Source of the DNA: Blastocystis sp. Blastoise
Lineage: Eukaryota > Protista > Bigyra: Opalinata
DNA length: 64,000 nt
Direction of reading: 5' to 3'
NCBI GenBank assembly: GCA_039096225.1
Contig: JBBPEB010000027.1
Location: 186,001 to 250,000, forward strand
Shown one piece after another: positions 1 to 21,739 of this stretch. The notes below the pieces were generated by a model. That model was not told the DNA's origin and ran no database searches. It worked only from the letters and a program-made list of their open reading frames with translations. Numbering within the stretch: the stretch's first letter is position 1; every line of letters starts with the position of its first letter. The position numbers were made by a program, and so were the translations under genes.

Positions 1-2830
1 TTGATGAGATGATTGTTTATACAATACAATATATTCCAACTGTTACCCTTGTTTGTAACTGTAGTCGCTGTGCAACAGAAGTATTATGTGATCATTGTCT
101 ATTTTTCATTAAACAAAATGATATAAAGTTTGAGAACATTCCTACAATCATATTAAAGCGATTATATGATTCGCTGAATGTTAATATATGTAATCCACCA
201 GTTTTTTATAGATTTGTTTCCTATATATATGATCCTATAATCACTGATTCTTCTATTAGTGAGTCATTATCAAGGATGAATAAATTATGTTATGATGTTA
301 TTGATTCTGATCATATATTCATCACACAAGAAAGTATATACATAATATTATTAAATTATAAAATTATAGAATATATGGAAGCATTATTAAATCTATACAA
401 AACTATCTTTTCAGTATTTATTATAATATGTATTATATCATTATTAGGTTGCTTGTACATGTATAAATGATTTGTTCTATCCATTAAAATTTTCAAATTT
501 TATTACATTCTGTACATACTTTGAAAAATATAATCCATTTAATAAAAGTATGTTATATATTTATATATCAAATTTATATATATCTTTTTTTATATTTTAA
601 TTAATTAAGTATATAATAAAAATATATACTACTATAACATATTATAATATTTAGTGCAAGTAAGTAGTATCGAAAATTCTACATCTCAAAGTGAAGTTAA
701 TCTTGAGTCTGGTATGTCACAGTTACGTGAATTATATTCTTCTAAGTGTTCAGAAGATCTTATTAAAAAATCAATAAACAATATTATACTAGATAAAACT
801 GTATGTTCCGGTTCTTATTCTAAAAGCCTTCATTTTAAAAATAATTTTTGTATAGATACAAGCAAATGTTATTAATGTTAAGACAGGTGAATATAATGTA
901 ATTACATTACCTAATGAAATAACAATTGGCGATATAAAGATCAGAATATCAAAATTGTTGGTAACATGTAAATTTGTTAAAATATTATTATTATCATCAG
1001 ATGGTGACTTATATGATGATAGCATACGAATTAAAGACATTCGCATATGCAGATTTCTTTCAAAATTAACGATATTAATGGTTTTAGTACAAGCTCCCTT
1101 TATTGAGAGTTGTAAGTCATTTCAAGTGTTTACACACCTACCATATTCATCTCTAATAAACGTTAAGCAAGCTTATATGAATGGAGACTTATATATGAAT
1201 TGTATCTGTGATATAAACAACTTTTTCTTATTATATAAACAGTTTTCGATCAATGTCAATGTTCTAGTTTTAAATTGTATATATTAATATATGTAACATA
1301 GTAATTAATTTTTTTTATGATAATAATAATAATCAGTATAATATTAATAAATATAATAAATATAATAATATTTATAATAAGAAGAAGAAGAAGAAAAAGA
1401 GAGTATAGCTGCTATTATTATATTAATAATTATATTCTTATTATATCTTTATTATATTTTAATTTATTATTATCATTTGATTGGCAATATGTATCATTAC
1501 TATTATAATTATTGTTAATAGAATTATTAGTACACCTATATAGATTCCAGGTATACCATTAGTATAACTTATGATCAACGTCCTTATGCATCAAGTTTCT
1601 TTTATAATATGAAGGAATTAAAACTAAATAGTAATTATTTTTATATCCATTTATTACATATTAATATATATAGTTGGTGATTTAACAAATTATGCAGTTG
1701 ATTTGTTGCAGCAGTGTATAGAGTCAAATATATTGAGATGTAAAACTGTTATAATTTGTAGTATGTACTATATGTTTAATATCAATAATTAATTAGGTGA
1801 AATTATTCCTTTATGCATACAAACGTTATTAAATATTCTCTCTGATGTTTATAAACTTAATATTTTATGGGATAAAAATTGTATGTAAAAATACATTTTT
1901 TATGTATCATATAATTTCTATAGTAACATATGTTTACAATGAAGATATAAGCAAATGCTTTGAAGAATTTAAAGAAGGTACATCATTCATGACTATAATT
2001 ATAATAAATATATAATTCTCTATTTAGTTATTAATTATGAAGATTCAACCATTAACAAGATTGATGATACTTATGAACTGAAACATTCAGTTGTTGAATC
2101 AAATGAAAATAAATCTGATAGAAGTATTCCTTATGAACGTATGTCGCTATTCATATATACCAACTAAATATTATTTCATGTATAATACAGTCATTATAAT
2201 ACGAAATTATTATCATTTATTATAGAAAAAACTTTGGATAATATTGTAAATACTAATTTAAACCAGTTAAACGTGAATCATGAAGCACAGAATTTTGTTA
2301 TTAACGATTATTTTGCATTATCTGATGATAGTTTGAGTGTTGATACTATTGAGAATGATTTGGAATCTGGCATAAGTATAATATCTTGTGCTAGTACTAC
2401 TACTTTAGGTTCAACTAATGACGATGATGATTACAAACATTCACTTTATAACAAGGCAACAGTATTTTATTACTCAGCTAATATATTTGTTTAGAATATT
2501 TTAACGAATAATAACGATTTAAGTGCTCTAGATGATTTATATATAAATGATTTTATAATTGATACCTATTCTAATTATATTTGGTTAATAAACTACAGAA
2601 AATATTGTAGTGACAATTCTAAGAACTATATATACATTATTAATTATTATGAACGTAAAACTATTGATAATGTAAATGATAATGATAAAAAACATGTATG
2701 TTAGCACTTTTATTATTCTTTATTTAAATATACATATTCTGCTTATATTATTATAATATTTTTATAGTTGAATGAGATTATTGAAAAAATTATAAATTGT
2801 AATACATCAATAGTCATTATCCCGTACTTA

Positions 2831-2893
<63 letters not shown>

Positions 2894-3255
2894 ATCATTG
2901 GATTTTATTTACTGTTCAACTAAATGAAATCACTAAATTGATTGAAACTGCTAGTATATTTAATACTCATTTTACATTTAATATATAATATATTAATAAA
3001 TTTTATAAATAGAAACACATTCTGAACCAAATAAAAAAAATGTATTTTATTAGATATTAGTTTATATTTTTAGATTACTCTTAGGTGCTATGATTCAAAC
3101 AATGTAGGACTCAATACACATAATGCAAATATTTCAGAGTTTACCATGCGTTTAATAACAAGAATTATAGCCCTGAATTGTGAAAGTACAGCTGAGACAT
3201 CCAAATTAATTGATTCATTTAAGCATGTTAACATTCAAATTCAAATATGTGTACA

Positions 3256-3286
<31 letters not shown>

Positions 3287-3942
3287 TACTATTAATATTT
3301 GTATTTATATTACTATTAAAATTTGTATTTATATTACTATTAATATTTTTATTTATATTTATATAAATTTAATATTTTTATTTATATTTATATAATAAAT
3401 AGAAATCTCCTCAACAGAAAAATGGATATGATTGTGGAATTTTTGTTTTAAAAAATATTGAATATATTGCAAAGAATCTATTATCTTGGTTTACGAATTC
3501 AAGTATTAATTATGAATGTAAATCACATGAAGTAAGAAATGAAATAAACGAAAAATTGAAAATAATGTGTTCCCTTGAAGGATATGATAGTGTAAAAAGA
3601 CGCTTTTCTGATATCCCGAAAGCCTTATTAGACATAGCAAAGAGTGATGGCAGTAGATCAGTACAGACCCAACAAAGTGCCAGTGAAATCAGTGATTATA
3701 TAATAGAAGATGTAGATATTAGCGATAATGCCTTTACTGATCATATAAACGCGTCATGTGAAAAAATCATAAACAAAAAACATTACCCTATTAAAAGGAA
3801 GTACATAAAAATTAACTTATCCTCTCAAGATTCAGAAGAGTCTGTAATTAATGATCCAAATGCTAAAAGAACGAGGCATGCGAAACGTTTCACTCCTAGA
3901 CGTATAACACGATGTAAACAACGTAAAAATGGAATTCAATAA
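1..3942 (+). CDS. Multi-exon protein, 5' end outside window: SWIM-type zinc finger, putative ubiquitin-like domain, C-terminal Ulp1/C48 (SUMO/NEDD8-type) cysteine peptidase; possibly Mutator-like element derived
   Basis: GT-AG splicing (introns e.g. 414-447, 801-855, 2462-2494, 2833-2888, 3042-3073) gives one open frame to TAA at 3942. CNC-x8-CDH at 54-95 fits SWIM CxC..CxH. The C48 motifs appear in order: LYINDFIIDTY, IIPYLIHNHWILF (His), RCYDS (Asp), PQQKNGYDCGIFVL (Gln/Cys). Confidence 0.75.
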
Positions 3943-5579
3943 AATATATTACTATATTAATCAAATTTAATTAAACTGTAGTATTTTAAATAAACAATTT
4001 GCAATTAACATAGATAAGCCTCTTTAATATTAGCTATTTACGAATATGTTTTTCTTTTTATTTTCTTTATATATCATGAAGTTCATATAAATATTTATTT
4101 ATTATTTATTTCTGATAAACAGCTAGTGTTTTTAATTTTAATTAATACAAATAACATATAATTAATATATTGATGTATCCATATAATTTAATATTTCTCT
4201 TTATAAATATTATATATATATACAATATATATATATATAACTAATTAATTAATTTATTTATGTATTCACTTTTTTTATATATTTATTATGCAATAAATTC
4301 ATATTCTTTTGTTTGGAAAATAACACATATTTAATAATATTAATATAAAAAATAATCTCTTTGAAAGAATAATAATCATTATGAAATAATAATATTATTA
4401 TTTACAAATAACAACAACAATTAAAATGACAAAAGATCAGTATACTAAACTAATAAAGAATCAAACTATATATGTACGTTAATTATAGTGGATTCAAGAT
4501 TCACAGTAATTTACCAATATATCATATTATATTGTCCATAATAAATAGTGCACACTCTTGTGATTATGTGATGAACTAGAAATAAGGCCTGAGATAAACA
4601 AAATCATCATTGTCTATAATTCTGGCTAAATGATAATATTTTTGAATACTAGATAATCAGAATGTTTCGATACAATCTACATATTTTGTTGTGTTTTTTG
4701 ATATTTCAATTTGTCACAGAAATGGAGTAGATCATGAATTGAGTCGAAATCTTGTGTACACTAATTACAATAATAGAAAGACAATTATAGTATAGAATAT
4801 ACTATTGTTGAGCCAGCTTTTTGATAATGATGAATAGATTTATTATATTGAAATCTAGGAAAGACTAATTAATTTTTTATGTATTCACGAAAAATATTTT
4901 TTTAAAGGTTATATTGATAAAATAATCATTATTAATTTTTATTATTTAAAATATTAAAATTTTCTTATGCTGCTTATTGTAGCTTTGTCTCTCAATTGTC
5001 ATGTCGTTGCAGATCCCTTATTGTCAGAATTGTAAGTTTCTAACTATTCAACACAATCTACATTCTTGTACTTTTTATTTTCCTTATATAGATTGGTTCT
5101 GTTGTACCGATAACGTTAAAACTCAATGTTGGGTTTGTGGCTTTGATTCTGGTGTAAGATAATCTATTTGCACGTTGCAAATCTCCCATTGTGCTTTTAT
5201 TCGTCTTTGTTGTTTCATTATTTTTTCCCTGTATATAGTTATCATTTTATATTAAACTATTTATAACTCTTTTTTTGTCTTGTCTTTTAGTTTGTCCACA
5301 TTATACATTTCTATGTGTTTTATTTATTTAGTTTACTTTCTAATATTTATTGCCTTCATATATTATTTTGTAAATATATTCAATCATCTATTCATGTTTA
5401 TAATTATTTTAATGAAAAGTTTATTTATTTCTTTATTATACATATGTTATCTTGTTGTAACATATTATTATTTTCATTAGTATTATTGCTATAATTATAT
5501 ATATATATAGGTTATGGGGGTTTTAATTTATTAATATTGATGTGTATATATATATTGCTACTTTTTTCTATATATATAT

Positions 5580-5780
5580 ATATATACTTATTATTATATA
5601 TATATAGGTTTTATTATTATACTTATTATTATTATTATATAGATTTTATTATTATTATATAGATTTTATTATTATATAGGTTTTATTGGTATTATTATTA
5701 TATTGGTTTTATTATACTTAGAGATTTTATTATTATTATTATATACTTTTATTATTATAATAATAATTATTATTATTATT
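5580..5780. repeat. Degenerate TTATTATATAG(G/A)TTTTA minisatellite and (TTA)n tract
   Basis: Repeated tataggttttatt / tatagattttatt units. Confidence 0.75.
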
Positions 5781-5801
5781 AAGATATATATATATATATA
5801 G

Positions 5802-6101
5802 AAAGTGGTTATGAAGAAGGTCCAGTTGAGAGATTGAAGGCAAATATCATTGAAATCATTTCTACGTATATATATATATAATAAGTGAAATATAATAGTA
5901 CTAAAGTTAATAATACTAATAAGCATAATCTATTTATATATATATATAGAATGGAGAGTAGAAATAACTTATTATTTCTTCCTTATGCTAAGACTATTAC
6001 TGAAAAAGTCTGGAATATATTAAGTGATGTTAAATATAAAGAAGAAGATCGATATAATACTATATATAAAAATAGATTAACATATTTTGCTTCTGTATAT
6101 A

Positions 6102-6150
<49 letters not shown>

Positions 6151-6195
6151 CTAATAAATTATAAATATAAATCTTATTATAATGTTAAATTATAT

Positions 6196-6234
<39 letters not shown>

Positions 6235-7028
6235 TGTCTAAGCTTCCTTCTAATCAGTCCTTGTTTACCGGTGAAAGTCTAAAAATTATTATACAGAATA
6301 TTATTATTCCTTGTTTATTATTTACTGATGATGATATGAATAACTATGAAGACATGCCTTATGAGTATATTCAAAATGAACTAGAAGTATATATATATAG
6401 TATTTATAGAATATATTATTTATATATTATTATTATTATTTAAATCTGCTATATATTTATATATAACAGATTTTATCTATATATATAATAAATTTTGTTT
6501 ATATTTATATATATAATGAGTTTTAACTATATATTTCTATCTAATAAATTTTATTTATATAATCCCCCATAATCCCCATAGGATGCTAACTGCAATAGCT
6601 GTAAACGAGGTGTCATGATGTACTGTATTCTATGAGACAATTCTATAATGAACAAGTATATATACATATATATACTTATTATACTTATTATTATTAATAT
6701 ATTTATTATTATAATATTTATTATTAATATTATTATTATTTTTATTACTTATTATTATAATTTCTATTATATTTATTATATATAGTTAATTATGATATCA
6801 ATGCAAACAATGTCTCCTTTCTTGGCGCTGTCGAATCCCTCCCAATGGCGGGAAAAAGAAGCATGCCTCTCTCTATTTATGTATATATCTTCTGGATTCC
6901 AAACAGCGATGCAAGGCATCAAAGATTATAATAGTATATATATATATATATATATTATTATTATTATATATATAGAGGATGTGAATATTAATGAATTCTT
7001 TACATTATATATTATTCCTGAATTAGCA
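5802..7028 (+). pseudogene. CSE1: Internal fragment of exportin-2/CSE1 (CAS), truncated at both ends, with a 1-nt frameshift near 6617
   Basis: Spliced exons give EEGPVERLKANII, IIIPCLLFTDDDMNNYEDMPYEYIQNELE, NPSQWREKEAC and INEFFTLYIIPEL, resembling the CSE1 mid-region. KRGVM/DVLYSMRQFY needs one extra nucleotide. No N- or C-terminal CSE1 exons are visible. Confidence 0.6.
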
Positions 7029-7029
7029 G

Positions 7030-8320
<1,291 letters not shown>

Positions 8321-10453
8321 ATAGGATTTCATGTTTTTAAGTTACTTATAATTATATTTAATATATGCAGATATATATATATATAAACTCTACTTAAGCT
8401 TTGATAGTAAGGAAAAGTCTCATCGACTCTTTTCAGGTCCAATTCCTGACTTAAGTTTTTTTTATAGATTTTATAATAGATTTGATATTGAAACTGTTAT
8501 ATTTATCTTCTTAGGAAAGTATATTAATACTTCCATATGTATATATCAATTTATAAGATATATATTTAAATAATCACTTATAAATGTGGAAAATAGATAT
8601 AGTTTTAATAATATTTATGTGTTTTATTAATTTTGGCTAAAAGTGTATTTTCATCTATTATTTTTTTACTAAAGTATTAGAATCAAATATATATATATTT
8701 CTGGCATGTATATAAAACAGAATCTGTGTTTAATACTTGACATAAAAGAGAATGTGTTAATCATGTATCATTAAGTGATATTTATAATAATTGAAACTGT
8801 AATTGTTGTCTTCTAGATATAGTGTTCTAGTATATAATAAATAAACAACATCATGACAATAAAACAGTGAATTATAAACTGATCTTCTTTTTGAAAGTCT
8901 TATTAAGTTAAATTCTATTTATATATAGTTATAATAGCTATGAGGAATAAAGTATAATAAGAATTTGAAGCATAGAATATATAATTCAGTACATTACAAT
9001 GTCTCGTCACAATAATTTTCAAAAGTTAATGATGTATTCATTACAGTGTTTAAAGTAGTTAACAAAAACGATTTTAAGTATATTTATATTTTAACTTAAA
9101 TCAACATAATAAAAAATATAATTCTTTTATTTATTTATTTTTATTTAATTATTTATTATTTTATAAATTCAATTTTTAAATATTACAACTCTCAAAAATT
9201 AATAAGGAAGATGTTATGATAGCATTTCACTTACAAACAATACTACAATTAATAGCATTGAGAATTAATTCAAAAATCGTTAATGCGAATTTTATTTACT
9301 ACTATATTTATAAATAGTAATAAGTAATAAGTAATAACTTCATACATGTAAAATTTGAAGTCAAATAATTATAAAATAACTATAATAAATTGATAAATAA
9401 CTTGAATTAAATTAGCCAATAGAAAAATACTTTGAGTTAACAGTAAGAAATTTTAAGACATTTTAATAATTCAATACTAGTCGAGTCTAATAGAATTCTA
9501 TAAAAAAAATAAGCCAATAATAATAAAGCAGTCTAGTCAGCTAAAAATGATTGGCTAAATATGAAATATTGTTCCTAAAAGTCAATTGCGTTCGAATAGA
9601 ATTCTATAGTCGAGTTTAACGGCAACTAGGCGTAAAACGTCGAGGTAGGTCATAATCTCAAAAAATTCTTGTATTTCAGTTTGTTTTTCCTAGTTTTTTT
9701 TCTAGTTGATGATATAGCTAGTATTATGCATTTATTCTGTTATTTTGACTATGAACTTGAGAAAATAGCGAGTAATTCAAAGAACTATTTATTTCACAAG
9801 TTATCGAGTGAGTTTGAACCATTTGATGTCTTAAGTTTTTTATAAATCATGATTAAAATGAACTTTTACTACTTTTTCATAATATAATTTTGTTTCTAGT
9901 TAATTTGTCAAAAGGTTCAGGGCAGCTGTGTCAGGTAGTCAGTTCATCAATGATATAGTTTTTAGATATTTAGCGTATATAAATTGAAAATATGAATGTG
10001 AAATGATCATGAAATATGTAAAGAAAAATATATGTACATTCAAGCAAAATAGAATAAAAAATGACTTCAAAATTTAGTTTAAAATATTTTTTTCATATCC
10101 GTAGGTAAATATTAAACTGTGGACAATATAATGATTAAATACACATAAGTTTTGAATGAGAAAGAGTAGACGATTTTGAAGATTATGTGATGATGTTTAA
10201 TTAAAAAAAGAGACAAAACGGTAGTGAATGGTAATAAGCGTGGTTAACTCATTTTCATGTGATTTTAACACGTAGATCAAATAAATCAACAAATAAATTT
10301 AATAGAGTGACAGTACAGCTAAAATGAAAAGAAAAAAGAGACAATAGATTATGTATATAATAGAAGAAAAGCAATAATGAACATACATTTTGAATATATA
10401 TAAATATCAATAAAAAAATAATATAACGATTAATATAGAAGATATAATATAAC

Positions 10454-14680
<4,227 letters not shown>

Positions 14681-15809
14681 TTTCACTAATTAGAAAATAT
14701 ATATATCTAAATATATTATCTATGATTGTATATTTCAAAAAAGAAATGAATGATGTTCATTTTCAAATATCATATTAAGAAAGAATGTGTGCCTAAAGAG
14801 ATTTCTCTCTTTGTTTATGAATTCTCAAGGGAAAATAGAAACAATTAGGGAAAAACACAAAATTTCTCTGAATATTTTTAAAAAAATTCGATCAAAAGAG
14901 AAAACACTATAGAATCTCTATACTAATCGTATTCAGTAGCATTTACATAAATAACTAATGAAAGAATTCGTTACAGAAGTCATTGGTGGTTTTCATTCTT
15001 GATGACGTAAGGCACATTCATTTAATCAATTGAAAACAATTACCTTATAGGTTGTGTTGAAATACATATTATGTTGGATGAAGATTTTTATATATTAGAA
15101 CAATTAAGAGTGGTAACATATATATGTTGCATCCCTTTTTTAAATTTTTATAAACAAAAATGATTTTTTATATATAGTATTCAATTTGAGATGTGATTCT
15201 TCAAATCATTTATATACTTGGAACTAAAAGGAGAAGGTTATAACAATTAATTAATCAAAATAATTCTCAAAAATTTAGATTTATAGATAGAAAGAAAATA
15301 AAGGCTTACTGTGATGAATGAATAGATAACATAAATTAGAAATATAACACAAGAATCACATGAGCAATAATTTTTTTAAAGGAATTCTTTTAATTCAAGT
15401 TCTTCATCTATTGTCATATTTGATAATTCTCAAGGCATTTCAGCTCTTCTTATTCTTGTTGAAATCGTCTGGATTGTTCTAAAAGGTTTTGAACTATGTC
15501 TGGTATTTCATAATTAAAAATTAGATGAAGTAACAGAGAAGAGTATAATAATATGCAGAATAACTATAATTAAGATATGTATATAAATGATATATAAGAA
15601 TGAATTCAATTTCTGATAGTATAATAATTATTTATTAGAGTATAAACTTTAATTTATTCATTAATATACTTATTCCCATAGAGATGTATGATTGAATAGA
15701 AGGTATAGAAATATATATATTATTATTCTATTTATTCTATTATTATATTAATTATATATATATATTTATATTATTATTTAAATTTATTCTATTTTTTCTT
15801 ATTATATTA

Positions 15810-16000
15810 TTATTATTATTATTATTCTATTTATTACATTAATTATTTATTTATTATATTATTATTCTATTTATTACATTAATTATTTATTTATTATATT
15901 ATTATTCTATTTATTGCATTAATTATTTTTTATTATATTATTATTCTATTTATTGCATTAATTATTTTTTATTATATTATTATTCTATTTATTGCATTTA
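15810..16000. repeat. About 41-42 bp tandem repeat, about 5 copies, in the intergenic region
   Basis: Unit tattctatttatt(a/g)cattaattattt(a/t)tttattatattat. Confidence 0.8.
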
Positions 16001-16444
16001 TTATTATATCTTCTTCTTTTACTCAGAATAATTTCATTTGAAAATACACACTCAATCAACATAACGACTTTATAACATTTTCCTCTATATTAATAATAGA
16101 TCATATATTACTTTCTTTTTTTATATATGAATCTCTTTATTAAAATAATTGAATTATTGACTTCATTTATATATCACCTAGAATACTAACATAACATTTC
16201 TATTCATTTAAAATAGTATAACAAACACAACACATTTCTAACGAATTCATGAAAACTATTATTTTCTTCCTTATCTTATTAATTAGCATTATCTTTCGAA
16301 TATACATACTATGAATAGCAATAAAATAATATTTATTTAAAATAAACAAATCTGAAAATCGTTTTTCAAACAAAATTTCTTTTATTTCTCATAACAATTC
16401 CTTTTTGATTCCTTTCTTTTTTACGCACATAAAGAGAGGACGCG

Positions 16445-18541
<2,097 letters not shown>

Positions 18542-18819
18542 TTGAAGAGTATCTATTCATTTTCCAGTTTTACGTTTTTTATTTTTGACTTTATATGTTT
18601 TCTAGTTATTATTATATAATAATTTGGTTTTTCTCAGTAATTCAGTTGCATTTAATTAAGAAATATTTTCCATTTTCAAATATTAAAAAATAATTATTTA
18701 TTTTGAATAACATTATAATAATTCTATATACATATAAGTGTTTGCAGAATGCATTAAAATTAATTTTAAATAGTATTTTTATCAATTTATTAGAAATTAA
18801 AAAAAAATTAAAAATTATG

Positions 18820-18830
18820 AAAAATAAAAA
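18820..18830 (-). terminator. Pol III oligo-T terminator of tRNA-Trp
   Basis: TTTTTATTTTT starts 4 nt after the discriminator base on the minus strand. Confidence 0.7.
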
Positions 18831-18834
18831 TATA

Positions 18835-18906
18835 TGAGGGTGACGTGATTCGAACACGCAACCGCTAGATCTGGAATCTAGCGCGCTACCGTTGCGCCAC
18901 ACCCCC
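18835..18906 (-). tRNA. tRNA-Trp(CCA)
   Basis: GGGGGTG/CACCCTC acceptor stem, D-arm TGGCGCAACGGTAGCGC, anticodon arm CTAGA-TTCCAGA-TCTAG, T-loop GTTCGAATC. 72 nt, no intron. Confidence 0.97.
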
Positions 18907-19347
18907 TTTCTACAAAGCAATATTTTATCTATCTATTTAAAAGACATATATTGTAAAAATAAAAAAATATGATTAAAATTTTTCCAAATATATTATGTAT
19001 GTTCCTTATGCTGTTATAATTTATATTTATATTTAAAAAAAAACTTTATGTTATTCAAATCATTGCCTTCATGTAATTATGTTATTTATATGTAATTATA
19101 GCTATTTTATATCTAATTTATCATTCCTTTTTCTCAGTTTATCAACTAAGGAATACAAATAATAGTATTTTTAAAGTAAACTATTTTTTTGAGACTTTCT
19201 TTTAGACATATCGTGAAAACAAAAATATTTGTTTTTATAAATCCCTCCTTTTGAAAAGATTTTTTTGGTTACTTTTTAAAATTTTGAGTTAAATATCTTA
19301 TTTAATATATTTAAAATAAAACAAATAATAATCAACTGGTTTTCAGA

Positions 19348-20219
19348 ATGGATACAGATGAATTGATGTCAATTTCTCAAGAAATAAAAATTCTTCAAAG
19401 TGAAATTCTTCATTCAAAAGATTTATTTAACGATTTCCAAAAAGAAAACAAAAAGTTAATTAAATTAACTCAAAGCCAAGTGTACATATATAAGAGTAGC
19501 ATAGTAATAGTTTTACTATTATTCATATATATAGAAAACAGGGTTCATCAAGCACAAATTTCTTATTAATTTTATATCCTTTACATAGTTTTATCTATAT
19601 ATGTATATTATTGTATATACATATGATGTTTTTTTAATGAAAATACATGGCAGTTGACTGATGAGGTTGATCAAATTAATAAGATTGAAAGTTTAGGAGA
19701 AAAAGAATCACAACTCTTTATTAATGATATATTGTAAGTAAAAGCTTTATTATATATATATATATATATATGTATTCTATATAGATGTATATATGATCAA
19801 ACAATCAAAAATTTAAATCAAGTATTGAATAGTTGATTCTATATTGTTCTTATTATTACTAAATATGTTTAGTTACCTAATAATAATAAGGACATATCTT
19901 TATATTTGGAGAGAATAGAACAATGTATTGGTATTCTTGGTAACATAACGATGAGTCCGTTTACGATGGTACATAATGATTATATTATTATGATATAGTA
20001 GAAAAACTGAATTATTATATGAAAAATACTATATTATTGTTTTATATGATGAGAAAATTATTTAAAAATAATTAATCAAATAATATATTATTATTTTTAT
20101 AATACTATTATTATTTTTACTATAGGGTATTTTATTGAATACAACACAGTTATATAATATGATTGATTCGATTTGTAATAGTAAATATATTAATAGTAAC
20201 ATTCAACTAAGGTATATTT

Positions 20220-20273
<54 letters not shown>

Positions 20274-20934
20274 ATCTTATGGTTTATGTGTAATATAACA
20301 TGTTCAAAAGAAGGAATTGAAGTAGATATTTATTTGTTTATTATTTGATTATATATATATATATATATATATTATAGAAAGTCTTAGAATATACATTATG
20401 GAACACGTTAGCAAGAACAATAGCTAAAAATATTTTGTAATACTATTTATATCTATGCTTCTATATATATAAAACATTATCTAGATTAGATAAATCTATA
20501 CCCTTAGATGTTAAAGAAGAGTTAGTCAATCATTTATATCGGTTTTGTATATATATATTTAGTATTTTATAGTAATAATATATAGTTCTTAATTGTTTGA
20601 ATATTGTTATCTATACTAGGATTAATCAATATAGAGATTTATTATTATATATACAAACATATACTCAAAAAATGTATATCTCTTGGTTTATAATATATAT
20701 ATTATTCTTATATTCTTATTTATATTATGTTTATTATTATTATATGTATTCTTATTATTATTATATTATTATTATTATTATTTATTCTTATATATAACCT
20801 TTTTTAGAGTTCAAGAACAATACCCTTTTATTGCAAAATATATAGATCAAGTATATATGCTTATCTTATAATTATATATAAAATAGATGAATTATATCCA
20901 AAATCAAATCAAATCAATTTTGCAAATGATTTAA
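19348..20934 (+). CDS. N-terminal coiled-coil plus armadillo-like protein (HSF2BP/MEILB2-like)
   Basis: Coiled-coil first exon, then ARM-like segments CIGILGNITMS and LRILWFMCNITCSKEGIEKV. Exons from about 19654 onward splice cleanly to TAA at 20932-20934. The structure around 19480-19653 is ambiguous. Confidence 0.55.
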
Positions 20935-21222
20935 TAACCTTTTTATATTAGTTACATATACATATATTAGCTTATTGTACATAAAGCTTATTACTAAAAA
21001 AATAAAAAAATATGAATCTATTACAAGTTCAAGAAATTGTCTATATAAACGAATAGTGTTATATGTGGTATTCAAGTTATATACAAAAGTGATATATTAT
21101 TAAAATAACAAAACAAAATCAATTATACTTTATAATTCTTTAACAGTTACACAAAAAAATAAAACAGAAAAAAATAAAACAGAGTGAATATTGATAATAA
21201 AAACATATATAGATAAATTGAT

Positions 21223-21739
21223 TTAATGAGACTTATTATATCTTTCTAAAGCATCATTGTATGAAGAATCAATATCATTACAAATAGTTGTAAGAGTATT
21301 TAAAGATTTGACTAATTCATCAACAGCTCTTGTTCCTATATTATATAATAATAATAATGGAATTAATATTCATAAACATAATAATGATAATAAGAATAAT
21401 ATCTCAAATAAAAAACATAATAAATATAATACTAAACATAATAAATATAATAAACAAAATAATAATAAATATAATAATAAATATAATAATAAATATAATA
21501 ATAATAAATATAATAAATATAATTTACATACCTTTTGTTTGGACTCTAAGATGCATTTTGGCTTCAACTGGATGAGGAACTGAATAACCACAAAACTCAA
21601 TATCTTCTTGTTGCATTAAAATGTTTCTTAAAGCATTACCTAAAGTATGACCTTCATTATAAAATACAATTGTTCTAGATAAGTCAGAACCAACACCTAA
21701 TTCAACTTTCTTCTTATAATCAACTTTTTCTTCAGCCAT
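21223..21739 (-). CDS. POLR1D: RNA polymerase I/III subunit RPAC2 (AC19)
   Basis: EGHTLGNALR and EFCGYSVPHP...LRVQT signatures. One coding intron and a probable 5' UTR intron. Confidence 0.92.

Noticed and set aside
15390-15505. Coding-like minus-strand segment (PDIVQNLLEQSRRFQQE*)
   Set aside because: Short, with multiple stops and no recognisable family; cannot support a pseudogene call.
15810-16000. CRISPR-like array
   Set aside because: Head-to-tail AT-rich tandem repeat with no unique spacers, in a eukaryotic context with no cas genes.
18835-18906. tRNA-Trp near eRF3 as a sign of UGA reassignment or another alternative code
   Set aside because: The anticodon stem is a normal 5 bp, spliced conserved genes have no in-frame stops, and TAA and TGA both act as terminators.
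18642-18920. 92-aa ORF
   Set aside because: It overlaps the tRNA-Trp gene and AT-rich flank; no coding signature.
19480-19653. Another possible non-canonical junction in the ARM gene
   Set aside because: A canonical phase-0 GT-AG solution exists and the protein is too divergent to decide.
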